Source of the DNA: Yuukianura sp. NJ FZ-2021
Lineage: Eukaryota
Reading direction: 5' to 3'
Assembly (NCBI GenBank): GCA_046563655.1
Contig: CM102290.1
Span: forward strand, 1,550,001 to 1,614,000
Length of the DNA stretch: 64,000 nucleotides
In this document: positions 39,485 through 57,031 of the stretch, piece by piece
Numbering within the stretch: the stretch's first letter is position 1
Layout: every line of letters starts with the position of its first letter
Position numbers and translations under genes: made by a program
The notes under the pieces: model-generated
Told to the model about the DNA's origin: nothing
The model's database searches: none
The model's input: the letters and a program-made list of their open reading frames with translations, nothing else

Positions 39485-42400
39485 TCAGACGGTGGTTCCG
39501 TAATCTGCGCACGGTGACGCCATGATTTCGTTTTCGCTGACTGGTCGGATCATTTTGGTAATTCGCTGAAATCCATGAAATATTTAGAAAATACGTGCAT
39601 AATACGTCTCAGATTCGAATTTTTTTTTGAAAGGCTGAACTGTCCGAACCTGTCGAAATGTTCCAGAAGTTGTAAGAAACATGTAAATAATGTAGAGGGG
39701 AATACATATTAGGGACGAGAAGGTCAACATCCAGCCAACAGCGATTGACCACTTGGGGTACACGTAGTCTTCTGTCTTGAGATCCTCGTACCAGTAGATC
39801 GAGAAGAAGAAAATTGTCTGGAAAACAAGTAAAAACCGTATTCTTAAAACGAATGTTACCTCAATTCATGCTCTTTAGTTTTCGTTCTTACCAAGATGAA
39901 GATGGGACTTATATATGTCCAACAGAGTCTCCAGAACAAGGTCGGAGGCTTACCAATCATTTTCTCTACGTCATTTGAAAAACGCTTGACACCGTACAGC
40001 CAACACACGGCGGCTGCCTCCACGAAGACGACGAAGAGAATGGATAGCCCCGGTCCGTAGATGTTAATGAAGTTCACCAAGTACATGCCACCCTATGTGA
40101 TTCATCCGTAAATACATTTTCAATGTTAAGTTATTGACTTAAAAGATTGAGTCTTACATATGTACATGTGGGAATGCTACAGGTAAAGACAAAGAGGAGC
40201 AAGATGGCTACAAACACTTCTCGATTTCGACTCAAAAGTCTCGGATATTCATCACATAAGGCTGTAATAATGGCTTCCATTCCTCCAAAAGTGCTATCCA
40301 ATCCAAGAGTTATCAACATTAGGAAGAAGATCACAGCCCAAAAGTTTGCTCCCGGCATGGTTGCAATTGCTTCTGGATAGACGATAAAGACGAGCCCAGG
40401 TCCTTGGAAACAAAGAAACAATGTGCAAGTACTGCTCAATTTTCGTGTTCATTGATTGTTACGTTACCTTCTGAACCCACTTTGTCAATACTTTTGTTTT
40501 GAACTTTGGCCATGTATCCTAGGACAGAGAAAATGACGAACCCTGCCAAGAAGCTTGTAAGACAGTTGATGCTACTCGTGATGACGGCGTCTCTGTAAAC
40601 ACCAAATTCTTCAGTATCAACCTTACCATTTCATCTCTAATTGTCATTACCGGATGTTGGAAAGTTAATTAACAGTGTCATACCTGTAACAATTGTTATG
40701 GAATTTGTTGTAAGAAGACAAGGCTAGGAGTGTTCCAAAACCTGGTCCAAGAGAGAAGAAAATCTGCGTAGCAGCGTCAACCCAAACCTACAATAACATT
40801 GTTTTTCCAATTGGTTCAAGTATGTGACATTCCAAGCCAAATACTTACTTCACTGTGCTCTCAAGTATTGTCAAAGTTAATGTTGTTTTACCTTTCCATT
40901 TTTCAGTTTGTCCCATTGCGGTGTCAAGTAATAGTAAATTCCATCAATTGACCCGGGTAGCGTGATTCCTCTACAGAGCAGAATGAAGAGAACTACGTAC
41001 GGTGCCAAGGCGGTGATCCACACAGCCTAAAACCAATTCATCAGTCATGTTATTAGCAAAACCGGAACAAGGAGGTGAATCTGACAGCAGCTTTTTATTG
41101 GTTTCCAGAAGAGCCATCCAACACCCCAGCGTCCTTGGGACAAGTAGGCTCCTGAGTCTCGTGATGTGAAAGATTAACCCTGGATTTGACCTCATCTTGT
41201 TGAGAGGTAAGAGTGACTTGGAGAGGTTTTTATGTCTGGTAACTCATTGAATTAACTTTCAATTTCTAGGCAAGGAGATAGTTAAGATTGGGAATTCAAC
41301 GGGGTGTGAGTGAACTCTATGACTGGCATTCCCTATCTTTCCGGAACCAAACTACACAACGAAACACTTTGTCTAGAAAAACGGAGAAAATGGTCTAGGA
41401 ACTGGAGGAATCTTAAGAAGTGGTGTTTGACTGAAGTGGCCGCTACTACGTACAAAAAACGACTTTACGATGTGGAACATAATGCATAATGCATTGAGTC
41501 TGGGAATATTTTTTCCGTATTTCTGCCGATCTTACTACGATAGTGAGTGAAATATTCTTTTCCTGTCACCCTTCCAACACCTCCCATTCCTCTTAGTCTC
41601 CCATCCCATTTCCATTAGTACTTCTTCGGTCAGATTTGGAACTGGAATTCCTGGAACAGTCCAGAGGTTCTGGACAATGGACCCCATCGCTGCTGTATGT
41701 CTGACCGCCATCTCTCCGGTCTTGGCACTTTGGAGAGGACGAAAAATGAATCTGATTTCCTCTTAAGATTTCAAATCTCAAAAGAATTCAGCAGAATTGG
41801 TAGTTTTCGTTCTATTTAAAAGGAAAATTTGACCCGCAAGGATGTTGTTGGGTCAAATCTCGGTTTTTTAGAACGTTGAACTCAAAATCAAATGTTCTCA
41901 AAAATATTGAGGAAAAATTATGAACTTCGTAATTTAGATTTCCGAGTTTTCAAAAATCACCTCCAGTTCAAATCGTTTGAAGAGGCTTATGAATTATTCT
42001 TGTTTTTTAAGAGTTCCCGCTACACCACTTTCCTATTTCGGTTCTTATTTGAACACACGGGAAGGAATGTAGAAAAAAGAAGCATTCCTTCCATGCCTCT
42101 TAAAAGTCTTCGACTCAAAGTGGAGAAAAGTGTCCTCAAAAAAGTCTAAAACTTTTTTTCTTTTACGACTACATTTATTCGTTTCCAAAAAATTTAAATT
42201 TTAAAGTTCAAGTTAAAATCAATTGATGGTAACCGCCGCCTGGAACGGCGTTTGAAACTTCCATTTCCAGACACTACCTCACTTCCAAAAAGATAGAACA
42301 GAACTAGATAGCATACTGTCGTTAACGGGTATTAACTGAAATTTCGAACATTTAAAAAAATGTTCCAATTTAAAAATGTTTCAAATCAGAGAAAGTGAGG

Positions 42401-45400
42401 CGTCGTATAATATTTGGAAATTCAATAATCCTAAAAGCATTTTTTTTCGTTCCTCTTGTCTTGAAATTCTTGAAATTTGTGATGCTAAAACACATTGTAC
42501 AGCGTGTTACGACTAGCATTCCAGTCTTCTGAGGGTTACGGTTACTATAAGTTTTTTACGAAAACTGTTGCTCACGTTGTACAACTTTACGGTACAATAA
42601 CAATAGGATTTTGAAATGTTTTTGAAATTGAATAAAATTTGAAAACATTACAGAATTGACTTCAGAGTCGCTCCAATTTCGCATTTTCCTGTTCCGTATT
42701 TTTTCAAAAAATATAAAAAGTTTTTGAACTTTCGAAAACTTCAAAAGTGTTTTTTTGGAATCCAGCTAATGTTTGTCTAAAATTTTTGAAAGTTTGAATG
42801 GACGTACTCGCCTGAGGGAGGGGGAGGCAAATCTTTCATCTTTAGTTCCTCTTAACCTAATCTGGTTTATCCATACTATTCATAGTATCATGAAACCTAA
42901 GGTAAATTTTGAGCCACTTTTTTCAAAATTTTGAAAAAATGAAAATCAATTTGAGTATAGTTGTGAATAAATATAGTTTTTGTTTACCTTTCCAGAACTC
43001 TTGACGCCTTTCCATAGAGAGAAGTAGACGAGGAGAAAGACAGAGAAGACGCAGAGGACGAGAGACCACTTGACGTCTCCCATGTCATCCAATCCATCCG
43101 ACAAATGCTTCTCCAGCACTTTCCGTCTGAACAACACACAAAATGCAACAGGGTAAAACAATGAAAACTTTTAAGAGAAAAACCAGTCAAACGATACTAA
43201 AATCCAATTTCAAGTTTTTTTTCTTGGTCAAGGAGGTTGAGTAGAAGGACTTTTGAATAGGGGCGGGTAAAAGTTTCAAAAATGTCGGACACTTTAATCT
43301 TCCAAATTGTTTCCGCTTTCCCAAAATCCACCCATGACATCAATCTCACCTGATTTCACAATGAGATGAGTCATGACACAGGGAAGGAAACGGGAAAAGT
43401 GTTTTTCAAGAAAAAACGAAGAAAGTAATGTTTAGTTCTAAAAAGTTTTTGAAATGAAACGTTTTCTCACTCCAAATTTGGGTTAGAAACAAACGGTAAC
43501 GGTGTATAAAAATTTCAAAAGAAAATCTCTTTTTTTTTGTTCAACGAATTGACTTTTGACGTTGCCGTTTCTTTAGAAAACTTAAAAGTGAGGAGATCGT
43601 AAGTTCAACTTGATAAAAAACGAAAGTTTTGAGTGGAAATTGCTAAAAGCTTATTTCGAGAACTTTTTTTTTTAAATAAAGAAGAAGGCTTCGAGCGTAC
43701 TTTGGGTCCTTCATTTTTTTTTTCCGGGAGAAAGTTTGAAAGTTTTGGCGCTTTTTTTTCGAAAAGACCTGTTGAGCCTTACTGTACTTTCATGAGGAGG
43801 GAAAGTAATAAAGAGAAAGGCCATTTTCACTTGAAAACAACTACTACTTACCCCGCCCCCACTCTTTTTTCAAACTGAATTAGCTCTATCTATATAGTAT
43901 CAGCTAATTACTGCCCCCTCCACCTCCTCTTCCGGAATTATTTACGTTTGAACCACAAACAATTGTTTTTTGGTTGAATTGAAGTCAGAGGGGTCACTGA
44001 AGCGAGTGACATTTTTGGAACAGGTTGGGGGCCTTAATTTTTCTTTTGTTTCTAACATTTTTTTTGAAGAGGAACTTGACGTATGGACTCAAGGTTTGTT
44101 GACTTGTGATTTTCTTTAACAGGTTCGGTAATACCTTATGTTTTTTCGATTTTTTCAAAAAAAAAAAAGTAATCTTTTCGTTTCTGTGCGTCGTTAGTCA
44201 TGTAGTGTTATGACTACGATGCACAGAAACGAAAGAGAAACAGAAAGCCAATTTTTTTTTAAATTTTTCATACGAATTGGTACCCATTTTTTGGGTTTTT
44301 GGTAATATTTTTTGCTTTTTTTGTCAACAAGCGAGGTAGTACCCAACCTGTTAAAGAGAATTAACTTTTTGTTGTAAAGGAACCTTGTATGGACTAAATA
44401 TCTTACTCGTAGTACTCCTTGGCTGGACTCGTGGCTTCATCTGGATTTGACAGATTGGCTCTATCTGAAATGCGTGTACAATTGTCAGTGTTCCAAGGGT
44501 TGCCACAAGACGTCCAAGGGAGCTCACTTTGAAAGGACTCAATTAAGTAATAAACTGCCCAACCGATGATGGTGTTGTAGTACATCCCCATGTACAGGTC
44601 AATCACACAAATGGCATAGCCCAACCCTAATACAAAATACACATCAAAAAGAAAGTATTAGTATTTGTTTGTTTTACAATTCTCCACATTGTTAACTTTT
44701 TTTCAACCTAGCCTCGACTACTTCAACTTAACCTGAACTTCCATTGGCAAATACTAAAAATTTCTAGTAGAAATGCCAAAATCTTAAACTTTTTTGGGAA
44801 CGTTTTGGGTTTTTCTAAAAAATTGGCCCAGCGCAGTGTCTTGTAAAGACAACAGATTTGAAAAAGGCGGCTGATGAGGCTCATTCCTTTGCTACTAACG
44901 AGAAAGTGCTTGGGAATTGGTCGCTTGTGTGACAACGGTTTCTTGTGATCTCTTTGAATCTTTAGGTGGAGAAAGGCTTTGGCGTCTCTTAGAAGTGCCT
45001 GATAATTGTGTCTAGGCTGAGAACGATGAGACATGGCTGGAAGATGTCGTTCCCTGGATGTGACCAATGATAATAACCTTCATTTTGGACCAGGGTGAGA
45101 CCCTTGTCACCCGCCTTTCGTCCAACTCTAATGACACTTTCAACTTTCAACGAGCAACAAATCATGATCTCATGAAATCCCTTTAACACTCTTCTAATAA
45201 GGCCCAAGTAAGCTCTACAAATACACTACCTACGAAAAACCCGGATTTACTACGACTTCGGAACTGGGTCATTGACATTTTCAAGTTTTTGAACTTTAGG
45301 TTAGGCACGGTTAACAAATTCCGAGAAACGTTATGTTAGACTAATTTTTTAAAAGTTAGAATTTACCTTTGAGGGCGGGACAAATGTGTCGCCAGAGGGT

Positions 45401-45854
45401 GAGACAGCCACTGCGGTAGTACTGTCCGAGAGCCAGTTCCAAGTAAAACAGCGGGAGCCCTCCGAAGATGAACATGACACAGTAGGGTATGAGGAATGCT
45501 CCTGTGGAACATTTTGAAAAAGTTTTTCAATCATGTTTTGAAAAAAACTGATCCTTCGAAACCACATTTTTTGAACTTACCGCCTCCATTTTGGTAACAA
45601 ATGTAAGGAAATCTCCAAACATTGCCCAAATCCACAGCAAATCCAATTACAGCCAACAGGAACTCAATTTTTTTACTCCACGTTTCTCTTCCAATTGCAT
45701 CTGAGTTGAGTGTAATTGCAAAAACTTCTGCATTTTGAATTTCAGTTTCCAGGTTGAGCTTGTTTTCTGAAGATTTTGTGAGTCGGCGGGAAATGTGATT
45801 TCCATCTTGAGCTACGACACTGTCCGTACTGCTCGTGGGAGAGGAATTGGACAT
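39485..45854 (-). CDS. SerT: Sodium-dependent serotonin transporter (SLC6, 608 aa, 11 exons)
   Basis: Exons 45854-45581, 45501-45367, 44626-44407, 43126-42988, 41026-40892, 40787-40684, 40592-40468, 40402-40158, 40092-39892, 39817-39650, 39565-39485. Motifs [37 protein letters not shown] (amine-binding Asp), [30 protein letters not shown] and [16 protein letters not shown]. Confidence 0.95.
44120..44350. mobile_element. piggyBac-like MITE (TTAA-flanked), copy 2, in SerT intron 3
   Basis: TTAA|CAGGTT at 44116-44125 and AACCTG|TTAA at 44345-44354. Homologous to 49-250 in the opposite orientation. Confidence 0.7.
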
Positions 45855-46029
45855 GGTATTGGTTAGGTTCTTTAACCTAACCTTGGATGACTGCCAGCAC
45901 AATGCGTCACATCAGTTGACCTCTGACCTGCGTAGTTCAACAATTTTCTGGGGCTATTTGACCACGGCCGGCTTAGTTCCTGTCATGGTTAGCAGAGGTC
46001 AGCGACTCAAACTCTGTCACCATAGGTTT

Positions 46030-46320
46030 CCAGCTGGGCGATCGCAATGTAGGTCCAGCGTGACCACTCTAAGTGTTAACAAGCTGAGCAATCGCTTGGC
46101 CCACCACTTCTAACTTGACGAGCTGAGCGATCGCTGAGGCCAGCGCCAGCTTGACCAGTTCAAAAGTCAGCAAGCTGAGCACTCGCTTAGTTTGGTTTGA
46201 CCATTTTTAGTTTGACTAGCTGACAGTTCGCTTAATTTGGCTTGACCACTTCTAACTTAAGAAGCTGAGCGATCGCTGAGGTCAGCTCCAGTTTGACCAC
46301 TTCAAATAAGCTGAACGTCG
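46030..46320 (+). repeat. Degenerate ~45-bp tandem repeat (AGCTGAGCGATCGCT...TTGACCACTTC) just upstream of the SerT start codon
   Basis: AGCTG(A/G)GC(G/A)ATCGC and TTGACCA recur about 6-7 times. Confidence 0.75.
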
Positions 46321-47723
46321 ACAGATCATTACTAAATGCTGGAACGGTGCTCACCGCGAGTCGTTTTATTTGAAATTGAAGACCGTTATGAGAATGACGA
46401 CGTGACTGATGTGATGGCTACTTGTGGTTGGATTGAAAACGGACCTGGGGAGCTTTTGTTTGACACCGATGGAGTACCGTGTTGTTTTGGAAGTGGTGCC
46501 AGGCGCCCTTATTGTTATCGACTCCAGCTAATTCGAGACTGGAGACGGAGCATAGCGTCTGGTTTATGTCGCTCATTGAGAACCATTTTTTAGTAAATCT
46601 AAATTGAAGCGCTGCCGTGCTGGCCAGTTGTCGTGGTGTTAATGAATCTGTTATAAGAGATAGCAGACGCTATTCAAAACTTCGCAATCAATCAAACTTT
46701 AAAAAAAAGTGACACAGCTAATGTGTTTCTTCGTGCAATTATTAAAAGCGTCTCAATTGGCAAAGAAAGTGAATCCATCATTTGAAGTGGACTTAAAAAA
46801 GATATTTCAAAATATCTTAAAAAATGAGTCTTTTTAAGAAAAAGTTAAGCGTTTTTGAGCAGCCCTGGCTTACTGAACTGGCAGACCGGTGTAGTTACGT
46901 CTCCATTCTGATTGAACACAAGCATAAACTTTTTTAGATTCTAAAACTATAAAGTTTCAAAGTTTCCACTGAATTAAGCACATTTTGAACAAAACCTGTA
47001 AAATTTTGAAAATCAAAAGTTGAGTACCTAAGCATTTTTGTTCTGAAAAGTGACAAATGCTGTTCTAATTGTTGGACTTTTGATAAGGGGAGGCTTAAGG
47101 AGGACTTTCTCCAAAGAACTTTCACTTTTCACCACTGTTTCTCTAAATTTGGAGAGAACTGTTCTGTTCCTGATCCTGGGGTACTTGAAGGGCCTACGAA
47201 AGGGCTTTTACTTTTCTAAAAAAGAGATAAGGGAAGAATAAGATGATGACACTGGTAGAATTGGAGATCTGTTCTCATTGGGAGCTTACACCAAACTCCG
47301 ATTCCCGGGTTTTTACCAACACAGAAATCCAGGGATTTATTTACTATTGAAGGAATGCTCGTGTCTCTCTCTTTCCTTTTTCTTTCGACTCCCAATTTCA
47401 CCCCCGACATTTCAACCAATCACAGCCCGGCATTTTCGAGAAAAAAGTTCAAAGTCTCCGATTTGACCCCAACTTTAACATTGTGAAAATTTTTTCTAGA
47501 AAATTTAGAAAATGTAGACTTTAGATAACCGACGAGATGTCATGACGGGCAATAGTCAGATTTTGAATTGGTTTTCAACGAATTTGACCTGGGTTGTTCA
47601 TACCTGTCAAAATCAATCGGTTCGGGCATACATGAGCGCGACATTCAAAATTGGGCTTATGTTAAAGTTAAAGTGAAGATCTTTCAAAAATATCTCAAGC
47701 AGAAGTTCTTGCTTATCGGAAGC

Positions 47724-47900
47724 GAGATATTTTTGGAGATATTTCTTGGAGGCAGTTTTGGAGAAATTGCTTGGGGATATTTTTTGAAATATTTGTTGGA
47801 GATATCTTTTGAAATATTTCTTGGAGATATTTTTTGAAATATATCTTGGAGATATTTTTTGAAATATTTCGTGGAGATACTACTTGGAGATATTTTTTTG
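47724..47900 (+). repeat. ~12/24-bp minisatellite (TTGGAGATATTT / TTGAAATATTT)
   Basis: Alternating GGAGATATTT and GAAATAT units, more than 10 copies. Confidence 0.8.
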
Positions 47901-49297
47901 TAGAAGTAGGTGTGTTAAGTTAATCTAACGTAAGTGGTGTTGTTTGGCGTTTTAAGTGAAAGCGAACAGTATGTACTACTTCAATTACACTTTTTGATGT
48001 TAATTCTCCGGTAATTGAAGCAATCGGATCCAGTGAAATGGGTTTCAACTGGCACTTTGAAGGTATGCTGACACGGTGAAACTGGAGTCTAGGGAACAAC
48101 ACAGGATTTTAGCATTCTCAAGGGTCATCGATGAGTCCAAGGCTAGTTCTGAAAGGAACCATTTTCAGTAAGTTTGTATTTAGAGATGCTAAGTGAAAGC
48201 AGGAACAAACAAAAGTTTCACTTTTGTGTTTTAAACCACTCCACTTGTCTAAGCCCCACTTCGTTCCTCCTGACCTAACACTACAAGGATCGTCACAAAC
48301 ATCAATTCATTTCAAAAGCTTAAGGACATGATCACAGTGATCTCAACCTAACGCTAACTGATTAATACCACTCCTGTTTTAATCGATTTTATCACTGGCT
48401 TTCTCCCACAATCCAACAAACTTTCTCTTTAATTTCCATCATCCTTTCAGAAATTAATTTCCTGAAAAAAAAACATAACCTGTTTTCACGTCGCTGGTGT
48501 CTGTCTTGTAACGCTTGATTTTAATCGACTAAAATACTTTTAATCGAGGAAGAAAAAGTTACCAATTTCAAACCCGAGGAAACAAAAATACTGCCGCTTT
48601 ACGTAGTCCATCCTCGCCACTTTCTCCAGTTTAGTTTCCGACTCAATGAAAACTCAAGTCCATCTCTCTTCCCTTGTTTCACAAAAATACCCGCATGACC
48701 CAGTTGATGCCATGAAAGTGAAAAAAACGGGAGTTTTCGGACATGTAAGGTCAACGACTACAATTCCACCACATTCCGAACTCTACCGCTGTAACTCTTC
48801 ATATAATTGCAAGAAAAGAAAGTTCATTTCCTTTCTCTTGACCCAAGCACGCCTCCCCACCCCGCAAAAACGCTTCTTTTTCTTTTGGACTTTAAGTAGG
48901 ATAAAAATCTATTTAAGTTTTAGACAATTGACAGGAACGTTAAGATTAGCTTAGATAAAAAGACCTTGAACGGACGACACGCCATTAATCTAATTTCCCT
49001 TTGTCCACTTTACTTTCTTTTCTTCTTTCAAACCTTCCGTGTCACCCCGAAAATCCAGCTTAACTGAAACTTTCTTTCCAGAAAACCCGCCATTTACGAT
49101 ACGCGCATTTTCTGCCACGAAAACCCAAATCATAACTCATTCTGCACCACTTTCACCAACATTTTGTAAGATATTGTTATTATTTCTCTCTCTGTGATAA
49201 TGTTATTGCGATAAATGGGATTTTTTAACCACAATTATTAACTCGACCCATCAACAATTAGAACGACAAAAGCATTATTTTCGTTCTCAACTTCATT

Positions 49298-49509
49298 GGT
49301 TGGAGTGAGGTTTAACAACCATCATGTAGCCGCCAGGTGTAGCCACTCCCCGGCTGCAATGTGTGGCTACATTATGTGCCCACTTATGTTGCCACTCTAG
49401 CTTAGGCTAAACTGACTACAAAAGATGCCACCAAGATGTAGCCACAAAGAATGACCGGAGTGCTTACAATGTGGGGCTACAATGACAGGCGTTGATCCTT
49501 ACTTCAACC
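49298..49509. mobile_element. MITE family (GAAGTAAGG/TGTAGCC), copy 3
   Basis: GGTTGGAGTGAGGTTTAAC...TGTAGCC ... GGCTACAATGACAGGCGTTGATCCTTACTTCAACC. Confidence 0.72.
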
Positions 49510-49796
49510 GATTCCTGACAAGGTCCTTGTTGCATTAAGTGGACCTTGCTCAACCAGCGTCTCTCTCTGTCGTCTACTAACATTTTTTAACAGTACTCAA
49601 TAATTATAACACATTTTCGATTAATAATTAAAAAAAAGTCAAATTATAATGGCTCATTCTGTTCCAGCAGGAAGAGCAAGAGCAGAAAGAGATGTTGACT
49701 CGAAGGAGGAAAAGAAGAAGAAGAAAAAAAAACGAGAAGATGATGGAGGCATTGCTTGAAATTGAAGTTTTTGACAAATCAAAATCAGTTTTTGAC

Positions 49797-53079
<3,283 letters not shown>

Positions 53080-56000
53080 TGTTAACGTTCAGATAAATTG
53101 AAAAATTAAAATATGGTCACTACGGTGGATATCCGTTGGCGTTGGTCCAGGTTCCGTTCAACACTTATACAATTCTTGAACTTGACAATACTTAATGCAC
53201 AGTGTCCGTCATGTAGTAAATGACCCCTGTACGAATATTGCGTCCGAGGAGGCTGAATAGTGAAAACTTCCAAATTGCACTTTACAAATCACTAGACTCG
53301 GCTGAGGTTGAACGATCCGGTTGGCTGCAGCAATGAAAAGCCTTTGGCCTAGAATAATTAGCAAGGTAAAGGACGTAAGTACGCTGTTGATTTATCTCTC
53401 AATTAACTCATGTTGTTATTGTGTGTTTTGTTAAATATTCGCTATAAGATTCCGAATCGTGGTGGTACTGAAACTGCTGAGCCCAAGTCCTTTTTGTGGT
53501 GATGATGATGTCTGTGTGATCGGTGTGTTGTCAGGGCCTGAACTACCAGTGGTAGTGGTTGCGGTTAGGTTGGTAAAGACTAATGGTTATGAATACCATC
53601 AGTATACCTTTTAACACACAATTTACTAGTGCTTACCGTTCTGGTACGCAGTCAGTCAGTATTCCGTAGTTATTGTGGTATACTTTCAGTCAGTACCTCT
53701 CCTCGTCCGTAACTTCAATCTACAATTTATCAGAATCACGTTGAAAAATTTTGTTTCAAGTAAAAGTGGGTGGGTTGAGGCAAAAGCAAACCAGACAAGA
53801 GACATTAGTATTACATACCGTTGAATACTCAAAATGCGATGTACGGGAACACAGGGAACTTTATAGCACCAGACTAAGCGGAATCTGCCATTTTTGTCCA
53901 TTTTTCAACACTACAAAATACAAAATCGTTCCATCAATCCAAATTTTATATCAAGAAATTCAAATTAAACTTAATTTTGTACCTGATTAACTTCCAGTAA
54001 ATGTAAAACCTGCATTAGGAGCAAAGTAGCGTGGAAGAGGAAGAGGTGAGAGGTTAAGGTCAACTCAATGGAAAAATTTTCCCTCCTTTTTTCCCTCTTG
54101 TGTCGAAAATTCAAATAAAATTAGCGTTGGCGCTTGAACTCAAGTTTAATTTCAATTTTAAAAATAAAATTCCGGGAAAATCCGGTTTTAAACGCCAAGC
54201 ATTCCTTTATTGACATTCGCATTCCGTTAAACAACGAAAACAACTAGTGTCTCAACTTCTAATGTGTCTTATTATCCAAAAAGCACAAATTCCTCAACCG
54301 CAGCTAACTATTTACTTAAACGCACTTAAATGCCTAAACTTTTCAAGTCACTAGGCGAAATTTGGCCCATATTTGTTCAAAATTTAATTTTCCTTTTAAA
54401 AACCCGCTTCCAACAAAACCCAGTTTTTACGTAATTCACAAAAAAATTGTTTCCGAGCACTACACATAGTGAGTATTTGTATTCTGTCGGTATATAATAC
54501 AAAATCCTTTATTATACTATAAACTTCTTATAATATAAAATCCATGTTGAATAAAATGCGAACCCATTTCAAAAGCATTTTGCCAACTTTTACGCCATTC
54601 CAAGTTGAATTTTATCCTACAAAACAACTGTATTTTTCCTATCCATTTCCATGCATTTCGACGCCAGTCAGTAGAAAACCCAAACAAGAAAATGCCAGCC
54701 ATTCACTTGTGGCTTTTTAGTATCGATGGCCTCAGCCCTAACCAAGGTCCCCTATGCTACTCTTCCATCTGCCCTAATGCAGATCATCCATTCCCCTGCT
54801 CTAGTCATGTATGGTATATATTCCTAGCAACTTAGATTAACGACTAACTCAATTATAATTACAAAATACTCAGAGTTAAACTTATTTGGCAATACCAAGA
54901 ATGTATGGAAAACATCATACTCCTTGCGTCCTAGTCAGTCACACCATAAACTTTTTGAATCTGTGCAGTCTAGCCTTTCACAACAATGACCTTCAAATTT
55001 TCATCTTCAAAATTATAACGCAACGAGACTAACAATAGCAATCATTATCTTTCACTTTTTACCAATCTGCCAATTCATATCCGCATTGCAAAAAATCATC
55101 AGTTACTCAAAACTTGTAAACAGTAAAGTTATTCCTGCGTGAATCTCAATTTCTATGAACCTAAACTTCAAAATTTCAATTTCACCACAATTTCAAAAAA
55201 AAAGTAAACTTTTGAAAAAAAAAATGGCGAAGTATTTTTTTTAACCTAGTGATTCCGTTTTCGCAAAACTTGAGTATATAAAAGTTAGATAAGATAGAGC
55301 GTCACACACTCCCCTCTTCTAAATAAATTCGACATCAAATCTCTAAAACACATTTGAAATAAACCTCAACCCTTTATACTAACTTTCTCTTTTGGTAAAA
55401 CTAAAATTAGCAAGTTAATTGGATTGGTCTAACTCATATCACTAACTTGACCTTGGAAAAAGCCGTTTTGGTCAAAAATCGCACAATCGACTTATTTCAA
55501 CACTCAATTACTATGCTGACTACTTGATGCTTTCAAATGACCACTTCTAACCTTGGTCTAATCTAAATCCCCACAATCTGGAAATGCAAATGTTGTTTTT
55601 CAGGCTTAAAAAATGATACCTACTCCAAATTTATTAGGAACAACTTTCTCTTTTTCAAAATGCCAAACCATCTCACTAACAAAAAAAATTTACCTAAAGC
55701 AGTTTTTCCTTGTTGTACTTTACAAAATTTACTTTGAACTTTTAAGCATGAAGTTATAACATTCTGAATTTTTATTTCCAAAAAAATGAAAATGGTTTTA
55801 TTTGTGTAATGGTTGACCTTTGTTTAATTTCATCATCAAAATTTCCGTTTAAGTCCAATGACCAACTAGTCCATTTCTAACGTTTTCGTAAACATGTCAT
55901 ATGCACTGAAGCAAAAAGAAATTTTTGATGCACGTTTCGGTATTTTGAGCCTCAATATGAAACTGTGTGACCTTGACCTTTTTGTTGATTTTGGTTTCTT

Positions 56001-57031
56001 TTCGTGTTGCTTTGACCTAGTTTTGCTTGGATTCGTTCCAAATTCAAAACCGAAATTCACTTCCTCTTTACCTGCCGCTGCGTGGTAGTTTTTCAAAAAA
56101 AAGCTTTGTAAAAAAAAGTTTACATTTGGTTCAAAGTAAAAGCAAAAATGCAAAGTTGAAAGCACTTATAGGAGAACTGCATTTTAAAAAATCATCTTCT
56201 AAAATGTTTCTACGGAAAAAGATTTTCCGATTTCCAAAAAATGATGAAGAAATTCTAAGTTGTTGAAAAATTTAGTAAAATTTGGAAACAACTTTCAATG
56301 CGAAGGCGGAGGGTGAGGAGAAAATCGCGGTTTCTGAGAAAAGTGTAAAATAGGAGGCCGCTTTTGTAGACTTAAACGAGCCTCCTTTTCGATTAGTAAT
56401 TGAATGTTTTGTTTTTCCTTGGAATTGTTATTGTTCAAGTGGAAAAATTGAATAGGCAATTACTACTGACGCATAAACCTTCAACAACAGTCGACTAAAG
56501 TGACTAGCAATCATATCTTACGCACTAAATGTTAGGCAAACTTAACTGTTTCTTCAAATGAACAATTCCATTACCAAAATCTAAACAAACCTTGACCTTT
56601 CAATTCAGTTTACACCTCAAGGTGTTTCCATTGCAATACCAGTACTACGTTGAGCTGGTACTATTCAAATTAAAGCCCCGCGTTTCCAAAAAGTCTGAAC
56701 AAAAGTGTTCAAAAACTTATTCGAAAATTCAAACAGAACTTTTCTTATACAGATCGATACTACTCCAAAGGTTCATTACCTTCTTCGCATGTACCAACCA
56801 TGTACGCCGTGTTTTGGAAATTGAATGATAATTTTCTTTTGATGTTTGGATTTTATCTAGAACAAACATCAATCAATCTCACAGTTTTCCCAAAACGCAA
56901 ACAAATTATTAATAAAATCACTCACTTTTGAAAAGCCATAAACGTTCAACTGTCAAGAAAACGTCAACAAAAACAAAAATAATTTTCAAAATAGCATTTT
57001 GGGTTCAGGTTTGAAGTGCAATATGGAACTC

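Noticed and set aside
44723..45207. Overlapping ORFs in SerT intron 2
   Set aside because: No SLC6 similarity (so not an alternative exon) and no recognisable domain.
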